From Eledone cirrhosa (Eukaryota): a stretch of 64,000 bases of DNA. Shown in pieces: positions 1 through 13,686 of this stretch. Position numbers and translations under genes: made by a program. The number at the start of each line of letters is the position of its first letter. Position 1 is the first letter of the stretch. The notes under the pieces are model-generated. The model had not been told where the DNA came from. It saw only the letters and a list, made by a program, of their open reading frames with translations, and did not search any database. The stretch spans positions 344,286,001 through 344,350,000 of the forward strand of contig OZ024742.1 of NCBI GenBank assembly GCA_964016885.1. The letters are read 5' to 3'.

Positions 1-224
1 AATTTCATTGACACAAAAATATCTTTGGACCGAAATCTAAACAGTTATCTATAATATAATGAAAAAATTATATAAATTAATTATTTTCAAATAGAGCTTA
101 GCTAAATTTTCTGCTAAATCTCGTAAATATTATTTCCGTTAGAGGAAAAATTAAAATTAATATTTGTCGCTCCACCAGAAGTATGTAAACAGGTGAAAGT
201 AAACAATAAACCTGAACCCTCTCA

Positions 225-497
225 ACACACACGTATATATACAGATACACATACATAAATATACACTCGTACACATGCACATATATATACACACAAATAC
301 ATACACATACACAAACATACATATATACACACATACAAAAAAACACGCACTCACATACACACACACATATACACAAACATACATAAACACACATACACAA
401 ACATACAGAAACACATATATACACACATGACCAAACGCACACAAACACACACACACATACGCACACACACACATATATATATACATATACACATACT
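225..497. repeat. Degenerate (CA)n/(TA)n microsatellite
   Basis: Mixed CA/TA dinucleotide runs; explains ORFs 98..472 and 157..492. Confidence 0.95.
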
Positions 498-1069
498 AAA
501 CAATAGAAACTAACAATAAAAAGACACCTATGAGAACAGCAACAAAATGAAGAACAACTATGTTGTTTACATTTTTAATATAAATTTATCAAGATTGTTC
601 TGTGTTAATAATCTAATATATCAAGAGAGTACTTAACAGCTGTACATTTTATGGATAAAATAAAATTCCAAGGAAAGTCAGCCATATTGTTTCAAATATT
701 AATTTCTTATTCAGATTTTCAGTCGACTTATTTTAGGTTTTCTTGTTCTATTTCTTTTCAAATTTTCTCTTAATTGAATTAAATTTTCTGTAAATCCCTA
801 ATTAATTTCAAGTGTTAACTCATTCAGAGAGCAAAATCACTTTCCTCGGATATGCTTAAACACTCTTTTCATTAACTGTGGTTTTATAACAAGTTAGCAA
901 AAAAAAACAAAAAAAAAAACGCAGCCCTGCAGATTTGACATATCGAGTTATAGCCGGTTTTTCGGATTAAACATTTTACATTAGATTTCTAATATTAAAT
1001 ATCACCGATGTTCACATTCCGTACAACCTGAGTTCAAATCTCAGAGGTTTTGCTTTAAATACCAGTTAA

Positions 1070-1270
1070 TAGAGCGTCGGACAACATGCTCCGTGGCATT
1101 GAGTTATGTTCCTTTACGTTCTGAATTCAAATCGCGCCGTGGTTAGCTTTGACTTTCATCCTTAAGGGTCGATAAAATAAAGTATCAGTAGCATACTGGG
1201 GACGATTTAATCGCCCCCCCCCCCCAAAAAAAAAGATTGTTGGACTTGTGCCTAAATCAGAAACCAATAT
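1070..1270 (+). mobile_element. tRNA-derived SINE, family A (central domain resembles the MetaSINE domain)
   Basis: B-box-like gaattcaaatc followed by ctttcatccttaagggtcgataaaataaagtatcagt and 3' ttgtgcctaaatcagaaac; the same sequence recurs more than 10 times in the window. Confidence 0.8.
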
Positions 1271-1717
1271 TTTACATACAGCTCAAATTCTGCCACATTT
1301 CCTTTATCAACTATCGACTGAAGGTCACAACGATTTCTGAATCTTCCGACGGAATTACACTTCCAGCGATGCCGAGAACTATTGAAGCTAACAGGGAATG
1401 TCTGCTTTTTTCAGAGGAGGTGGAGGGAGGGTCATACTCTAGCACGCCACCCCCCCTCTCCGTCATGCACCCACCATATCAAACTAGATGAAGCTGTAAC
1501 AACACCAAAAATGCAGCAAATATTTTACTTCACTGCTGGTTGAGGATATTCTATAGCCCAGTTTGGTACTAATACATACAGTATGTTATCAAACATCCAA
1601 CGATTACATAAACCAGTTGTCCCTATGGAAATTCCTCGTATAATTAGAAACTGCCATCAAGTATTAAAATTCAATTAAATATTTTATTTATAAATATCTA
1701 TACACACAAGTAATATA

Positions 1718-1835
1718 TTTGTTTCTACTTTTGGCACAAGGCTAGCAATTATCCCAGTGTATTACTGGTACTTTATTTTATCGACCCCGTAAGGATGAAA
1801 GGCAATTTTGAACTCAGAATGGCAAGAGCCGTAAT
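1718..1835 (-). mobile_element. SINE family A, partial
   Basis: actggtactttattttatcgaccccgtaaggatgaaaggc is the reverse complement of the SINE core. Confidence 0.75.
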
Positions 1836-1904
1836 ATATTGGTACATAATTACATGCATACAACACAACACAATATGGCGAATAAATCTATCAAATGACT
1901 GGAA

Positions 1905-1969
1905 TTACTACTACTACTACTTCTACTAGTAGTAGTAGTAGCAGTAGTAGTAGTAGTAGTAGTAGCAAT

Positions 1970-2004
<35 letters not shown>

Positions 2005-2027
2005 TACAAGAAGAAGAAGAAGAAGAA
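1905..2027. repeat. Compound trinucleotide microsatellite (ACT/AGT/AGC/AGA)n
   Basis: Direct reading. Confidence 0.95.
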
Positions 2028-2643
2028 TTTCATTAAATAATATATATAATATACAACAATATAAAAAATATACAACAACAAGATTATTAGACAAACAATA
2101 AAAAAGCCAGTATATTCCTGTAAACGGATATGATATTAACAAGATAAGCCTATTTTGTCATGATACACAAACAGAAGAAATTAAGGATCTGTTTACTTAT
2201 AGTTGAGGTGTGTATGAGGGGCAGGGATATCCCACTATTGTCATCTCTAGTATTTCTAGATATTTGCAGGAATATATGAATATATATTTTATAAGAAATT
2301 AAATTTTAGATGATGTATATATATATACGTGTGGGGGAGGGTGCGTGGGGGGGGGGGGGGTAATCATATATATGTGTATATGTATATGCATACACGTATA
2401 CATATATACATTCACACACATACACACACTTACACACATATATATATATATATTTATATATAAATTTATGTTATATTTCCGTTATTAAGTACACAATGTA
2501 ATATATAACAAAATTAACTACTAACATGAACGCCAGTAATATTCAAATTAGAACATATATTCCAGTGATACTATTGTAGGTGTAAATGTATATTAGTTGC
2601 TTAGTTACGTATTTGCTTGTTGTTTAGATCATGTACATATCTT

Positions 2644-2670
2644 CCGATGAGAACCCCAAAAGGTTCGAAA
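2644..2670 (+). ncRNA. Truncated hammerhead-like motif (CCGATGA core)
   Basis: CCGATGA-GAACC-ccaaaa-GGTTC-GAAA; stem III and cleavage site are missing. Confidence 0.4.
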
Positions 2671-3309
2671 AACAAAGGAGAGACATACAATAGCAAATTA
2701 GTCAGGGCATGTGTGACGAAAGAGCTTTGACAATAAATAAACCACCATCCGGTTTTTAAAACAACCAACGGTAAATTTGTAATAAACATTTATTTTCAAG
2801 ATATGTTTCGATCAGTTCAGATAAAAATACAATTAAATATCAATTAACAGAAAAAAATTAACATGAAAAATAATTGCATTATCGGTGCAAACACAATGTT
2901 ATTGCATCAAATTATTTGCACAATCTCTTCAAGAACAACAAAGATTATCAAAATGTATGTGTCAATTTATATGAATAGAGATACCGGCCAGTCACCAGTA
3001 TAAACAGTAAAAACACATTTACTGAAAAGGCAAACAATTTATTCATACTGGAATAAGATATATTGAGCAAGGTATAAAATACAAAATATAAGTTTACCAA
3101 TACATAAGCAAATAGCGGTATGGATTTACTAATTTACTAATTCAGCCATTACCGAAGCAAAACATACGTCTTGAAAACGTGCACCAGATACAAACGGTGT
3201 CAGTTAGCTGTTTAAAATATTTCCTTAAGAGAATGGACTCACACAAGTATCAGTACTATAGCAGCATCCCCAGTAATATCTGTACTACATACATCAGTTG
3301 TGTGTGATG

Positions 3310-3525
3310 ACACATGGTGTAAAGAGCACAACGTTTGATCCACGATCATAAGGTCATGGGTACAATCTCTGAATCCAGGAGCACGTTTTGTTCTTGAGCA
3401 GAACGCTACATTTCATATTCCCGTTGATGATAGAATTGAATCTCCCATTATTAGAACATCCAAGAAAACTCTTGTTTCAACCTCTGAAGAGGTCAGCTAA
3501 ACCTACGTAGGTTTCAGCTGTAAAT
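3310..3525 (+). mobile_element. Degenerate tRNA/CORE-type SINE, family B
   Basis: Similar to 24998-25225 (ttcttgagcagaacgctacatttca; shared catccaaga...cagctaaacct tail). Confidence 0.55.
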
Positions 3526-3844
3526 TTCATTACATTTTTATCTCGTATGGGGCATAAGTTCCATTAAATAGCTACTTGTAAACCACCCTGCAGACCCACC
3601 CACCCAACCACCACTCGGTAGGGTGGAGTCACCCGGCTATATATAAAGAAGTATTTGACTAGTACTATGTATACAGTCAGTTTATTTGCCGAAAAGGCAA
3701 TTAAAAGGCGATTAAATTGACCCCAGTGTATTTTATTTTATCGACCCCGAAAGGCAAAGTGAAGAAGAAGAAGAAGAAGAAGAAGGGGAGGGGGAATAAG
3801 GAGGAGGGGGGAGGGTTGACAAGAAGAAGAAGAATTTCAATAAA

Positions 3845-4290
3845 TGTTTCTACTTTTGGCACAAGGCCAGCAATTACCCCAGTGTATTACTGGTACTTTA
3901 TTTTTTATCGACACCGTAAGGATGATAGGCAAAGTTAACCTCGGCTAGATTTGAATTCAGACCATAAAGGGCTGTAACTCTTTGTTGCAAAGCATGGCGT
4001 CCGACCCTCTACCGATAGTGCCAATCCATCGCCCTATAAATAATTTCAATAAATAATTGTTTCTACTTTTGGCACAAGGCCAGCAATTTTGGGGGAGGAG
4101 AAAGTCATTTAAATCGACCCGAGTGCGTGACTGGTACTTTATTTTATCGACTCCATAAGGATGAAAGCTAAAGTTAACCTCGGTGCGATTTGAAATCAGA
4201 TCATAAAGGGCCGTAACTCTATGCTGCAAAGCATCGCGCCCGATCCTCTAGCGATACTGCCAATCCACCACCCTATAAATAATTTCAATA
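3845..4290 (-). mobile_element. Two tandem SINE family A copies
   Basis: Copies at ~3845-4045 and ~4058-4290, each followed by ccctataaataatttcaata. Confidence 0.85.
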
Positions 4291-4318
4291 TATAATATAG
4301 ATAATATGTGTACAACGT

Positions 4319-4354
<36 letters not shown>

Positions 4355-4608
4355 AAATAAAAATAAAAACAAATTAAAAATTAAACAGAGAAATAATTTA
4401 AATAAAAAACGAGATAATTTCCTGTAAACGGATCTGATATTAACAAGATAAGCCTACTTTGTCATGATACACAAACAAGAAATTAAGGACCTGTTTACTT
4501 ATAGAATTGTTGAGGTGTGGGTGAGTGTTGGAGGGGGCTGATGATGCCCCACTTATAGTCGTCATGCTGAAACATTCATAAATATATATACATGTATATA
4601 TATGTATA

Positions 4609-4665
<57 letters not shown>

Positions 4666-4788
4666 TAAATCATGTCTTTAGAATCATCAGATATATTGCT
4701 CTGATTTTTTAATTTATTAATTCTTCATAGAGCTTAAAAGTGACCAGTTGCAACATGTATATATCTATAACTTTATGTATATGTTAAC

Positions 4789-4858
<70 letters not shown>

Positions 4859-4992
4859 GTGTGTGTGTGTGTGTGTGTGTGTATGTATATATATAAAACA
4901 AATAAAGTGTGGTAAGGAACCAGGTGGACCATACGCGTTCGATCTAACTGTTAAAACGGCCGGAGCTCAGACGTCGGGTTCCTGACTCTTTT

Positions 4993-5034
<42 letters not shown>

Positions 5035-5055
5035 TCTATATATATATATATATAT

Positions 5056-5121
<66 letters not shown>

Positions 5122-5124
<3 letters not shown>

Positions 5125-6070
5125 TAGTAAAAAGGAATAGAAAATGCTGACAAATTTTTCCCAGTGAAAAATACTTTAAATAGGAATAAGTATAAATTAG
5201 TAATTGGTTAGTATTCAGTTTTAGTTTTAAGTTTTTACCGGTTGCGCATTTCTAATGCTTTTCAAAAATAATTTTGAGATAGAGTGCCCGTGATGTTTGC
5301 TCTAATCTGATCAGTTTTGGAAATTCTTCCTGTTTTATGTGAAAAAAGTGGCTCCAGAGGTATTAATATTTGGTTGGTTGGTTGTTGAATGTCACGTGAA
5401 TAAGTACTATAAATTTCGCGCCAATTCGAGTTGCAAAAAATTCTTGTAGTCAAAACAATTTTGATTGGTCGGTAGCGGTCACGTGAATGTTAAAAATTGA
5501 TTTTAGCGCGAACGGTTTGGCGCCAAATCTAGGTTTGTCGAAGAGTGCCCCTTTTCGCTTGATTGAGTTGCAGTTGTTTTTCAGTGACTTCTCAACATGA
5601 CTGCAACTCAATCAAGCAAAAAAGGACACTCTTAGACAAACCTACATTTGGCGCCAAACCAGTTCGCGCTAAAATCAATTTTTAACATTCACGTGACCTC
5701 TACCGACCTAAGAATTTTTTGCAACTCGAATTGGCGCGAAATTTATAATACTTATTCACGTGACATTCAACAACCAACCAAATATTAATACCTCTGGAGC
5801 CACTTTTTTCACATAAAACAGGAAGAATTTCCAAAACTGATCAGATTAGAGCAAAAATCACGGGCACTCTATCTCAAAATTATTTTTGAAAAGCATTAGA
5901 AATGCGCAACCGGTAAAAACTTAAAACTAAAACTGAATACTAACCAATACTTATTACTAATTTATACTTATTCCTAATTAAACTATTTTTCACTGTGAAA
6001 AATTTGTCAGCATTTTCTTTTCCTTTTTACTAATATATCACAACTCGTGTGTCACACCTCTATTTTTTTT
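5122..6070. mobile_element. Fold-back element, probably a PLE pseudo-LTR remnant: ~450-bp inverted arms plus a one-sided tail
   Basis: 5122-~5575 is the reverse complement of ~5598-6035 with small indels; tail 6041-6070 lies on one side only; embedded in (TA)n; same family at 52728-54025. Confidence 0.75.
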
Positions 6071-6499
6071 AAAATATATATATATACATATATAGCTAAG
6101 ATTCTTCCATAGGCGGTATGCTGGTTGAGCGCTCTATGCTCTTACAGAGCAGAGTATGATAGAATAGAAAACGAAAAATCAGTGATGCATCGGAACTCAA
6201 TTTATTGTCTGTTACAAATGTTTCCCCGGCGGACAGCTCAAAACGCGATCATTGTGTGGATCTGTCTAATTCTGGACCCGCAGGTTCGACGAACACGCTT
6301 AATGATTTCGGAGCATATTCTCTCAGTGAGAGAATATGCTCCGAAATCATTAGACGTATCAAATATATAAGAACCGTAGAGCAATTATTTATTAAAATAA
6401 CAGATAAAAGTTTAAGCAAAGAATCGCTGCTTTCACCCTTTACGGGAACTTCTGAAACTAAAACAATCAATCTGTGAACGCATATATATATATATATCT

Positions 6500-8397
6500 C
6501 ACGGGGCGAACTCCTCGCTCTCCGCTCCCTCCGTAGCCGAGATGACATCGTCATCAAACCGGCGGACAAGGGAGGCGCCGTAGTGGTGTGGCGCGCGGAC
6601 CTCTACACGGCCGAAGCCCTCAGGCAGCTCTGTAACCCCCTCTTCTACCGCCCTCTACCCTCAGATCCCACCCCCCTCTACCAACACAAGTCTCCTCCAC
6701 CATCAAAGACCTTATCGCCTCCTCCCTCCTCCCCCCACCGCTTCCCACCTCATCGTCCGCACCCCCCGCACCCCCACCATCTACTTCCTCCCCAAACTCC
6801 ACAAACCCGACAACCCCGGCCGCCCCATCGTCTCCGCTTGCAACTGCCCCACCGAACTCATCTCCGCCTTTCTCGACTCCATCCTCGCCCCCCTTGTCAC
6901 CACCCTCCCCTCCCACATCTCCGACACCAACCACGCCCTGCGCCTTTTCGACTCCTTCACCTACCCACCCGGCCCACAGCCCTTCCTCTTCACCCTAGAC
7001 ATCAAGTCCCTCTATATCGTCATCCCCCACGCCGACGGCCTACGTGCCCTCAAACACTACCTCGACCTTCGCCCCTCCCCCATTCCCTCCACCCCCACCC
7101 TCCTTCGCCTCGGCGAGCTGGTCCTCACCCTAAATTGTTTCTCCTTCTCGGGTGAGTTTTACCAACAGGTCACGGGGGTAGCCATGGGTACAAGAATGGG
7201 CCCGAACTATGCCAACCTTTTTGTTGGCCATGTTGAGGCCCAAATCTTTGCCCAGTACACCGGCCCCACGCCCGAACTGTACGGTCGTTACATTGACGAC
7301 TGTATCGGAGCCACGACCCTCACCCGAGAACAGCTCGACTCCTTTCTCTCCTTCTTCTGCTCCTTCCACCCCTCCCTCCACTTCACCACCTCTATCTCCA
7401 CCACCCACGTCCACTTCTTAGACATCTCCGTCGCCTTCGACCCCTCCCACCACTCCCTCGTCACCTCCGCCTTCTTCAAACCCACCGACTCCCACTCTTA
7501 CCTCGACTTCACCTCTTCCCACCCCACCCACACTAAACACTCCATTCCCTACTCCCAACTTCTCAGGATCCGCCGCCTCTGTAGCCGAGATGCTGACTTC
7601 GAGTCCCAGGCCCTTTCCCTAGTCAGCCATTTCATCCGCAGAGGTTACCCCCACTCTCTCTCTCGTCCACACCGCTCTCACCCGCGCCCGTGCTGTCCCC
7701 CGCTCCACCACCCTCACCCCACGCCACCGTACACCCACCCACCGTCTCCCCTTCCCTATCACCTACCACCCCTCCACCTTACTCCTCCACCGCACCATCC
7801 GCCGCCTCTTCCGACGCCTCCAGTTCGACCCCTCCACCTCCCACATCTTCCCAATCCCACCACTCCCCTCCTTCAAACGCGCACGCAATCTCCGCACCCT
7901 CCTCGTCCACAGCTCCCTACCCCCCAACCCACGCTTTGTTCCCTCCCTCGGTTCCTTTCCCTGTTCTAGGCCCCGCTGCAACACCTGTCCCCACATCACC
8001 AACACCACCACCTTCCAGGGTCACAACGGCCACTCTCTCTCTGTCCGGCATGCCTTCCGCTGCACCTCCTCCAACCTAGTCTACGTCTCCAACCGACGTC
8101 CCGTCTGTCCGACATAAGTCGCGCTGCACAGAGTGCAGCGCGACTTATGTCGGACAGACGGGACGTCGCCTGGCGGACCGATTCACTGAGCACCTCCGGG
8201 ATATTCGTCTCGGTGGTAGTTCCCCAATCGCCCGCCACTTTGGTGGCCCTGGACATTCCGCACGCCATCTCACAGTCTGTGGCCTACTCCAATGCCACGG
8301 AACACCCGCCAATCGCCTTAGAGTCGAACAAAGAACTATCTTCATCTTACAGACCCACACTCCTCCCGGCCTGAACTCCCCACCCTTATTCCTTTAG
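6500..8397 (+). pseudogene. PLE RT/GIY-YIG ORF, disrupted
   Basis: Motifs as above are spread over several frames (ORFs 6583.. and 7184.. plus unlisted frames); an inverted duplication lies inside the endonuclease. Confidence 0.9.
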
Positions 8398-9551
8398 CCT
8401 TCGACCGCCCCCCTCCCCCCACACTTATCCCCCACTAACACCACTAACACACCCCTCCTTATCACCGCCCACCCCACAACTAACAATACTAACACCTCCA
8501 CTCCACCCTCATCTGACCACCCTTCCCCAACTAACATACTAACATCCCTTCCCTCCCCTCTTCTCCTCCTCCCCCTCCTTATCACACGCACACACCCACC
8601 GGCACATATATACACGCGCTCACACTATACACACACCCTACTACCACCACTAACCTCACCCCCACACCTCCATCCCACCACCCCGCAACTAACCTCACTA
8701 ACACCCCCTGACCCCAAGCACACGAACACACGCACCCACGTACACCACCCACCCCACACGCAACTAACATCACTAATACCCCCCAACCCCACGCACACGT
8801 ACCCACACACCCTCGTACACCACCAACTCTACACACCCTACCACCACTAACCCCCACTCACACCTGCATTCAACCCTTCCCCACCTCCCGTATACTAACA
8901 CCCCTTCATCAAAATACACACACACCAGTACACCACACTCCATAGAACTACACACACCCTTCTCTCCCCGCTCCACCCACACCCTCGCTCCACACTCACT
9001 CATCCCACTAACACCTCTACTAATACACACACACACACACCCTCCTCACTCCAACTTTCACACCTACCCATCCACGCCCCTTTACCATTCCACCGACTGC
9101 TGCTATGCCCTCTGACCACCTCCCAGCACAAACAGACACACATCACTCCCACTGCTTGACCACTTCCTGTTGCGCACGCACCCCATATCTCTCCTCTTCC
9201 GACCATCTCTTCGTGGAATAATCGTATGCTGAACTTGACCACCACATAATCCACTAAAGACCATAGGATTTTACCAACTTTTCAACCATCCTCTTACGGA
9301 ACCACCTATATAACTCACCCACACACACACCCCCAAAAAATGTTTTTTTCCACACGCCACCTACACGCACAACACGCTTAAACCCCACACACATGTGCTT
9401 TCCACCACATATTTACACCCTCAGCCTCCTGATTCCTCTCCCCCCACCCCTCTATCCACACACGCACAGACACTCCGACCTACAACCCACCCCCACACAC
9501 ACACACCTCTTCCTGAACATGCAACCCCGTTCTTCCCCCAACCCTTACTTT

Positions 9552-9582
<31 letters not shown>

Positions 9583-9888
9583 GTACACCTACTCACACAC
9601 ACCACCTTCAGCCCTCCCCGCTCGGACACCCCGTCTCCCTCTCCCCACTCCACCCGCCACCACCCCTACACACCCCACACCCTTCCACCACCTGTTTTAC
9701 CCCCCTTTTAATTTCAGTTTATTTTGATCATGCTTTTATATTTAATTTTATTTCATTCCTTGTATTTTGATCATGCTTTATTTTTATTTTTATTTTTATT
9801 TTTAATTTCATTCGCACCGTTTCCTTTCGCTATATGTCTCTCCACCACTCCCCTACACACCCTTTGAACTCTGTTCCCACACACTTCT

Positions 9889-9922
9889 CACCTGAGGAAG
9901 GGCTTATGCCCGAAACGACGTT
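9889..9922 (+). ncRNA. Minimal type I hammerhead ribozyme of the PLE pseudo-LTR
   Basis: CTGAGGA-aGGG-cttatg-CCC-GAAA-Cgac; the reverse-strand copy at ~52173-52200 reads GAAACGTC (GUC cleavage triplet). Confidence 0.7.
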
Positions 9923-10009
9923 CCCCACCACCACCCCACTCTCCAGATCGTGAAATTAATAAACATTCGTTGTACTGCCTCTCAGTTTTGTTCCTGTTCA
10001 AATTTTTCC

Positions 10010-10069
<60 letters not shown>

Positions 10070-10073
10070 CGTG

Positions 10074-10111
<38 letters not shown>

Positions 10112-10202
10112 TATATGAATCTAATAAACATTTGTCGTACTGCCTCTCTGTTCTGTCCCTGTTCAATTTTTTATTATATATATATGTATATATATATATA
10201 TA

Positions 10203-10317
<115 letters not shown>

Positions 10318-10429
10318 GTATATAGTATTAGTTATACCATTTATGGTTATGTAAATACAAAACCTTATGCAGTTAGAAGTATTTTTTATATACACACCCT
10401 AAATAGTGGTAGGCAGTAATGTATTACTA

Positions 10430-11180
10430 CCTTATTACCAGTAAGTTAAGTAGCTCAATGTAAAAACATCAGATGATTTACAGAGCAGTTATATGAAATA
10501 TAAGAATCAAAGAACTGTTCAAAACATTATTGTGCTTACAGCTGTTTCCTCCAAACCGAGGTTTGGATTCTTCGGAGCAATTTATTAATGCATGGACAGT
10601 TATATGACCTCCTTTTCAGCCAAGAGACATACCGATACATATGCAAATATTGTGGGTCAACATTCATTACAGAATTTAGAGTGGCAGTACACACTTCGAG
10701 ATTACATTCATATTAAGAGGTACAATCAAAAATCAAAAATACAGGTTAAAATACAACATGAAGATAAGCGGTTATATAGTGCAAATGTTAAATGTGTGGC
10801 AAGCATGTGCGTCTTGTTTATATAGTGTGGCAGAGGGATATGTGTGGTAGAGGCACTTAGGTAGGTAAGCAAGAGTGTTAGGTTGGTAGATCTGGTGGCA
10901 AATTCTTTATATGAATGATATAGTCTGTGTGTGGAGAAATGTTATAGGCATTAAAAATGTTTAAAGTATTGGAGATGCACAGCGAAGGGATGTCAAGTAT
11001 TTCATGTACTTCGACATTTTCAAGGTCAGGGGAGTGTATTTTTCGATTATATGCCCCTCACATAATCCACGACAATTCGATATTGAGCGTTTGACAATCC
11101 AGTTAGAGAATCGTAGTCTGATGTTTTTTAGTTCAATACAGGAGGCTGTTACGTTTCGAGAAACGACATTGAATACCACC
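10430..11180 (-). mobile_element. Degenerate PLE 3' end (endonuclease C-terminus and pseudo-LTR)
   Basis: SCIELKN..FSNWIVKRS..CRGLCEGHII resembles the C-terminus of the 12012..12896 protein; hammerhead downstream; the pseudo-LTR is similar to 29130-29640. Confidence 0.55.
10533..10579 (-). ncRNA. Type I hammerhead ribozyme, CCGAAGA core, palindromic stem III
   Basis: Minus strand: TGCT-CCGAAGA-aTCCAAAC ctcg GTTTGGAg-GAAA-CAGCTG-TA-AGCA. Confidence 0.7.
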
Positions 11181-12011
11181 CGGAAGTGTGTGTGTGGCTA
11201 AGGGGAGTTAATGCATGCGGGGAGGTAACTCCGGGGTTTCTATACCTAGCTATTAAAATGTGTCATAATATAGACCCTGATATCTATGGTGATGCGCATC
11301 CTCCAAAAAATGTTTAAAGCATAAAGTGTATTAACTATAGAGTAGTTTAATTAAGTTATGCTGAAGGTGTTCATATTATTATGGCGGATTAACCCCCATC
11401 GTAAGGTGCCACAAATGGATATTATAGATGATGAGCGAGGATTCTAAATTAATGATCTCTTTGGTTGTAGTCTACTCATAGGACCAGGCGCGGTAATTGC
11501 AGGATTGCTTCAGGACCCAATGATCTCTGGTAAGTTCTGGGTCATCGCTTGCTACATTGGATGTCGAAAGATAATCATCTCCAGGCCGGCCAGAGGTCAA
11601 TCCGCAGTCCTCACGACCCCTCTCTGACCGCCAGATCATCCATATATGTACAACCCGCACGCCAGTTGCAATGCATTCATTCTCTGCGCTCAGCATCCTG
11701 GTTCTACTGCTCAACAGCGTTACTAGATTAAATTGTTTTTCATCTGTCTAAGGAAGGTGCTTCCTCCGCACAACACTATCAAACCGATCAATTCATGCTT
11801 AAAATTACCTATAGAGCGGTGTAGTGCAGTTCAAGTGGGTGGATGTTGTCACACCTGACGTAGAGGTATAAATGGGTATTCTCCCTGCGAAGGGTTCCAG
11901 AGGGATGTCGTTGTTTGTGTTATATTAGATCAGTTAGTGTTGGGTATGTAGTATAAGGTGTGCCTCTGGTGTTTGATGGTAGATGTGCTGTTTGGTTCCA
12001 GTCCGACATTG

Positions 12012-12896
12012 CTATATATTGGGCTTAAAGTTTTGGAAGGAATGTCTGAAGCGGTGCTGGCAAGTTGCAAACACCTCAGATTTTTTGTTAAGTAGGTTCC
12101 GGTTGGAGAAGATAATATTGTGTGTCTCTAGTATACAGAGGTTACAAAATTTATTAGGTGGTTTGTACGAGGTCGCGCTGCCTATCACTTCCCATTTGAG
12201 TGTGTATGGTTTATTTTTAGTTTTTAGATAGTGTATGTAGCTAGAAAGTGAGGTGGAGTTGGCTAGGCTGTGCTTTTTGAACGAGTGGATGTGCGAATTA
12301 TATCTGATTTTGAAGCAGTTAGAAGTGGAGCCTACATAGGTTTCTGAAGAGTTGCTAGTCGTGACGGTGCATGAGTATATGATATCCTTGGTTAGGCATT
12401 TTTTATCTAAAGGGCAGGTTCTATTAGCTCTGCAGTTACAATTATCCTGTGCGTTAGTCTGCTGGTTGTAATGCAGTGCGGAAGTCCGTGTGGTAGCTAT
12501 AGGATTTTGGGCGTTCGGGTTGTCAACCCTGGTGTTATTACTTATACTAGTGTTATTTCTATTGTTACTGCCGTTGCTATGGTTGCTTGCTACAGAGGTA
12601 TTTAGAGGGTTTGCATCCTGTTGTGATTTTGTTTGTTGGAAGTAAGAATTAATTTTAATATTATTGCTGCTAGCTATGTGGTATGCTAAGTTAGGCGTCG
12701 TAGAGTATGAGATTTTAATGGTGTTTTTGTTTAAGAGGTTGTGGTACTTGTGTCCTAGAGGGAAGTTTTTATCTAGTAGTGAGAAGAAAGCCCTAGGTAT
12801 GTTGGTGGAGACATTTAGGTTGAAAGGAGGGTTGAAAAATGTATTATTTCTTCTTCTATTTTTGCTTTTAGTGTTTGGTGTGTTGCTTCTTCCCAA
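12012..12896 (-). mobile_element. PLE C-terminal ORF fragment (RT thumb/linker + GIY-YIG endonuclease), possibly Hydra-clade; 5'-truncated
   Basis: FFNPPF...KISYSTTPNL, CNCR..TCPL..KC, IIY...YVGST..FKIRYNSH, CNLCILE, LLNKKSEVFATCQH; open for 294 aa. Confidence 0.85.
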
Positions 12897-12939
12897 GGCA
12901 CCACAGTAGTTTCCATGGTAATGGTTACTTCCGGTGGCA

Positions 12940-13686
<747 letters not shown>

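Larger units (their letters stand above)
6498..10011 (+). mobile_element. 5'-truncated Penelope-like retroelement (Neptune-like): RT + GIY-YIG, 3' region and pseudo-LTR; frameshifted
   Basis: IKPADKGGAVVVW, LPKLHKPDNPGRPIVS, FTLDIKSLY, QVTGVAMGTRMGPNYANLF, YGRYIDD, FLDISV, FKPTDSH, SIPYSQLLRIRRLCS; then CSRPRCNTC...LVY...YVGQTGRRLADRFTEHL; both ends abut (TA)n. Confidence 0.95.
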
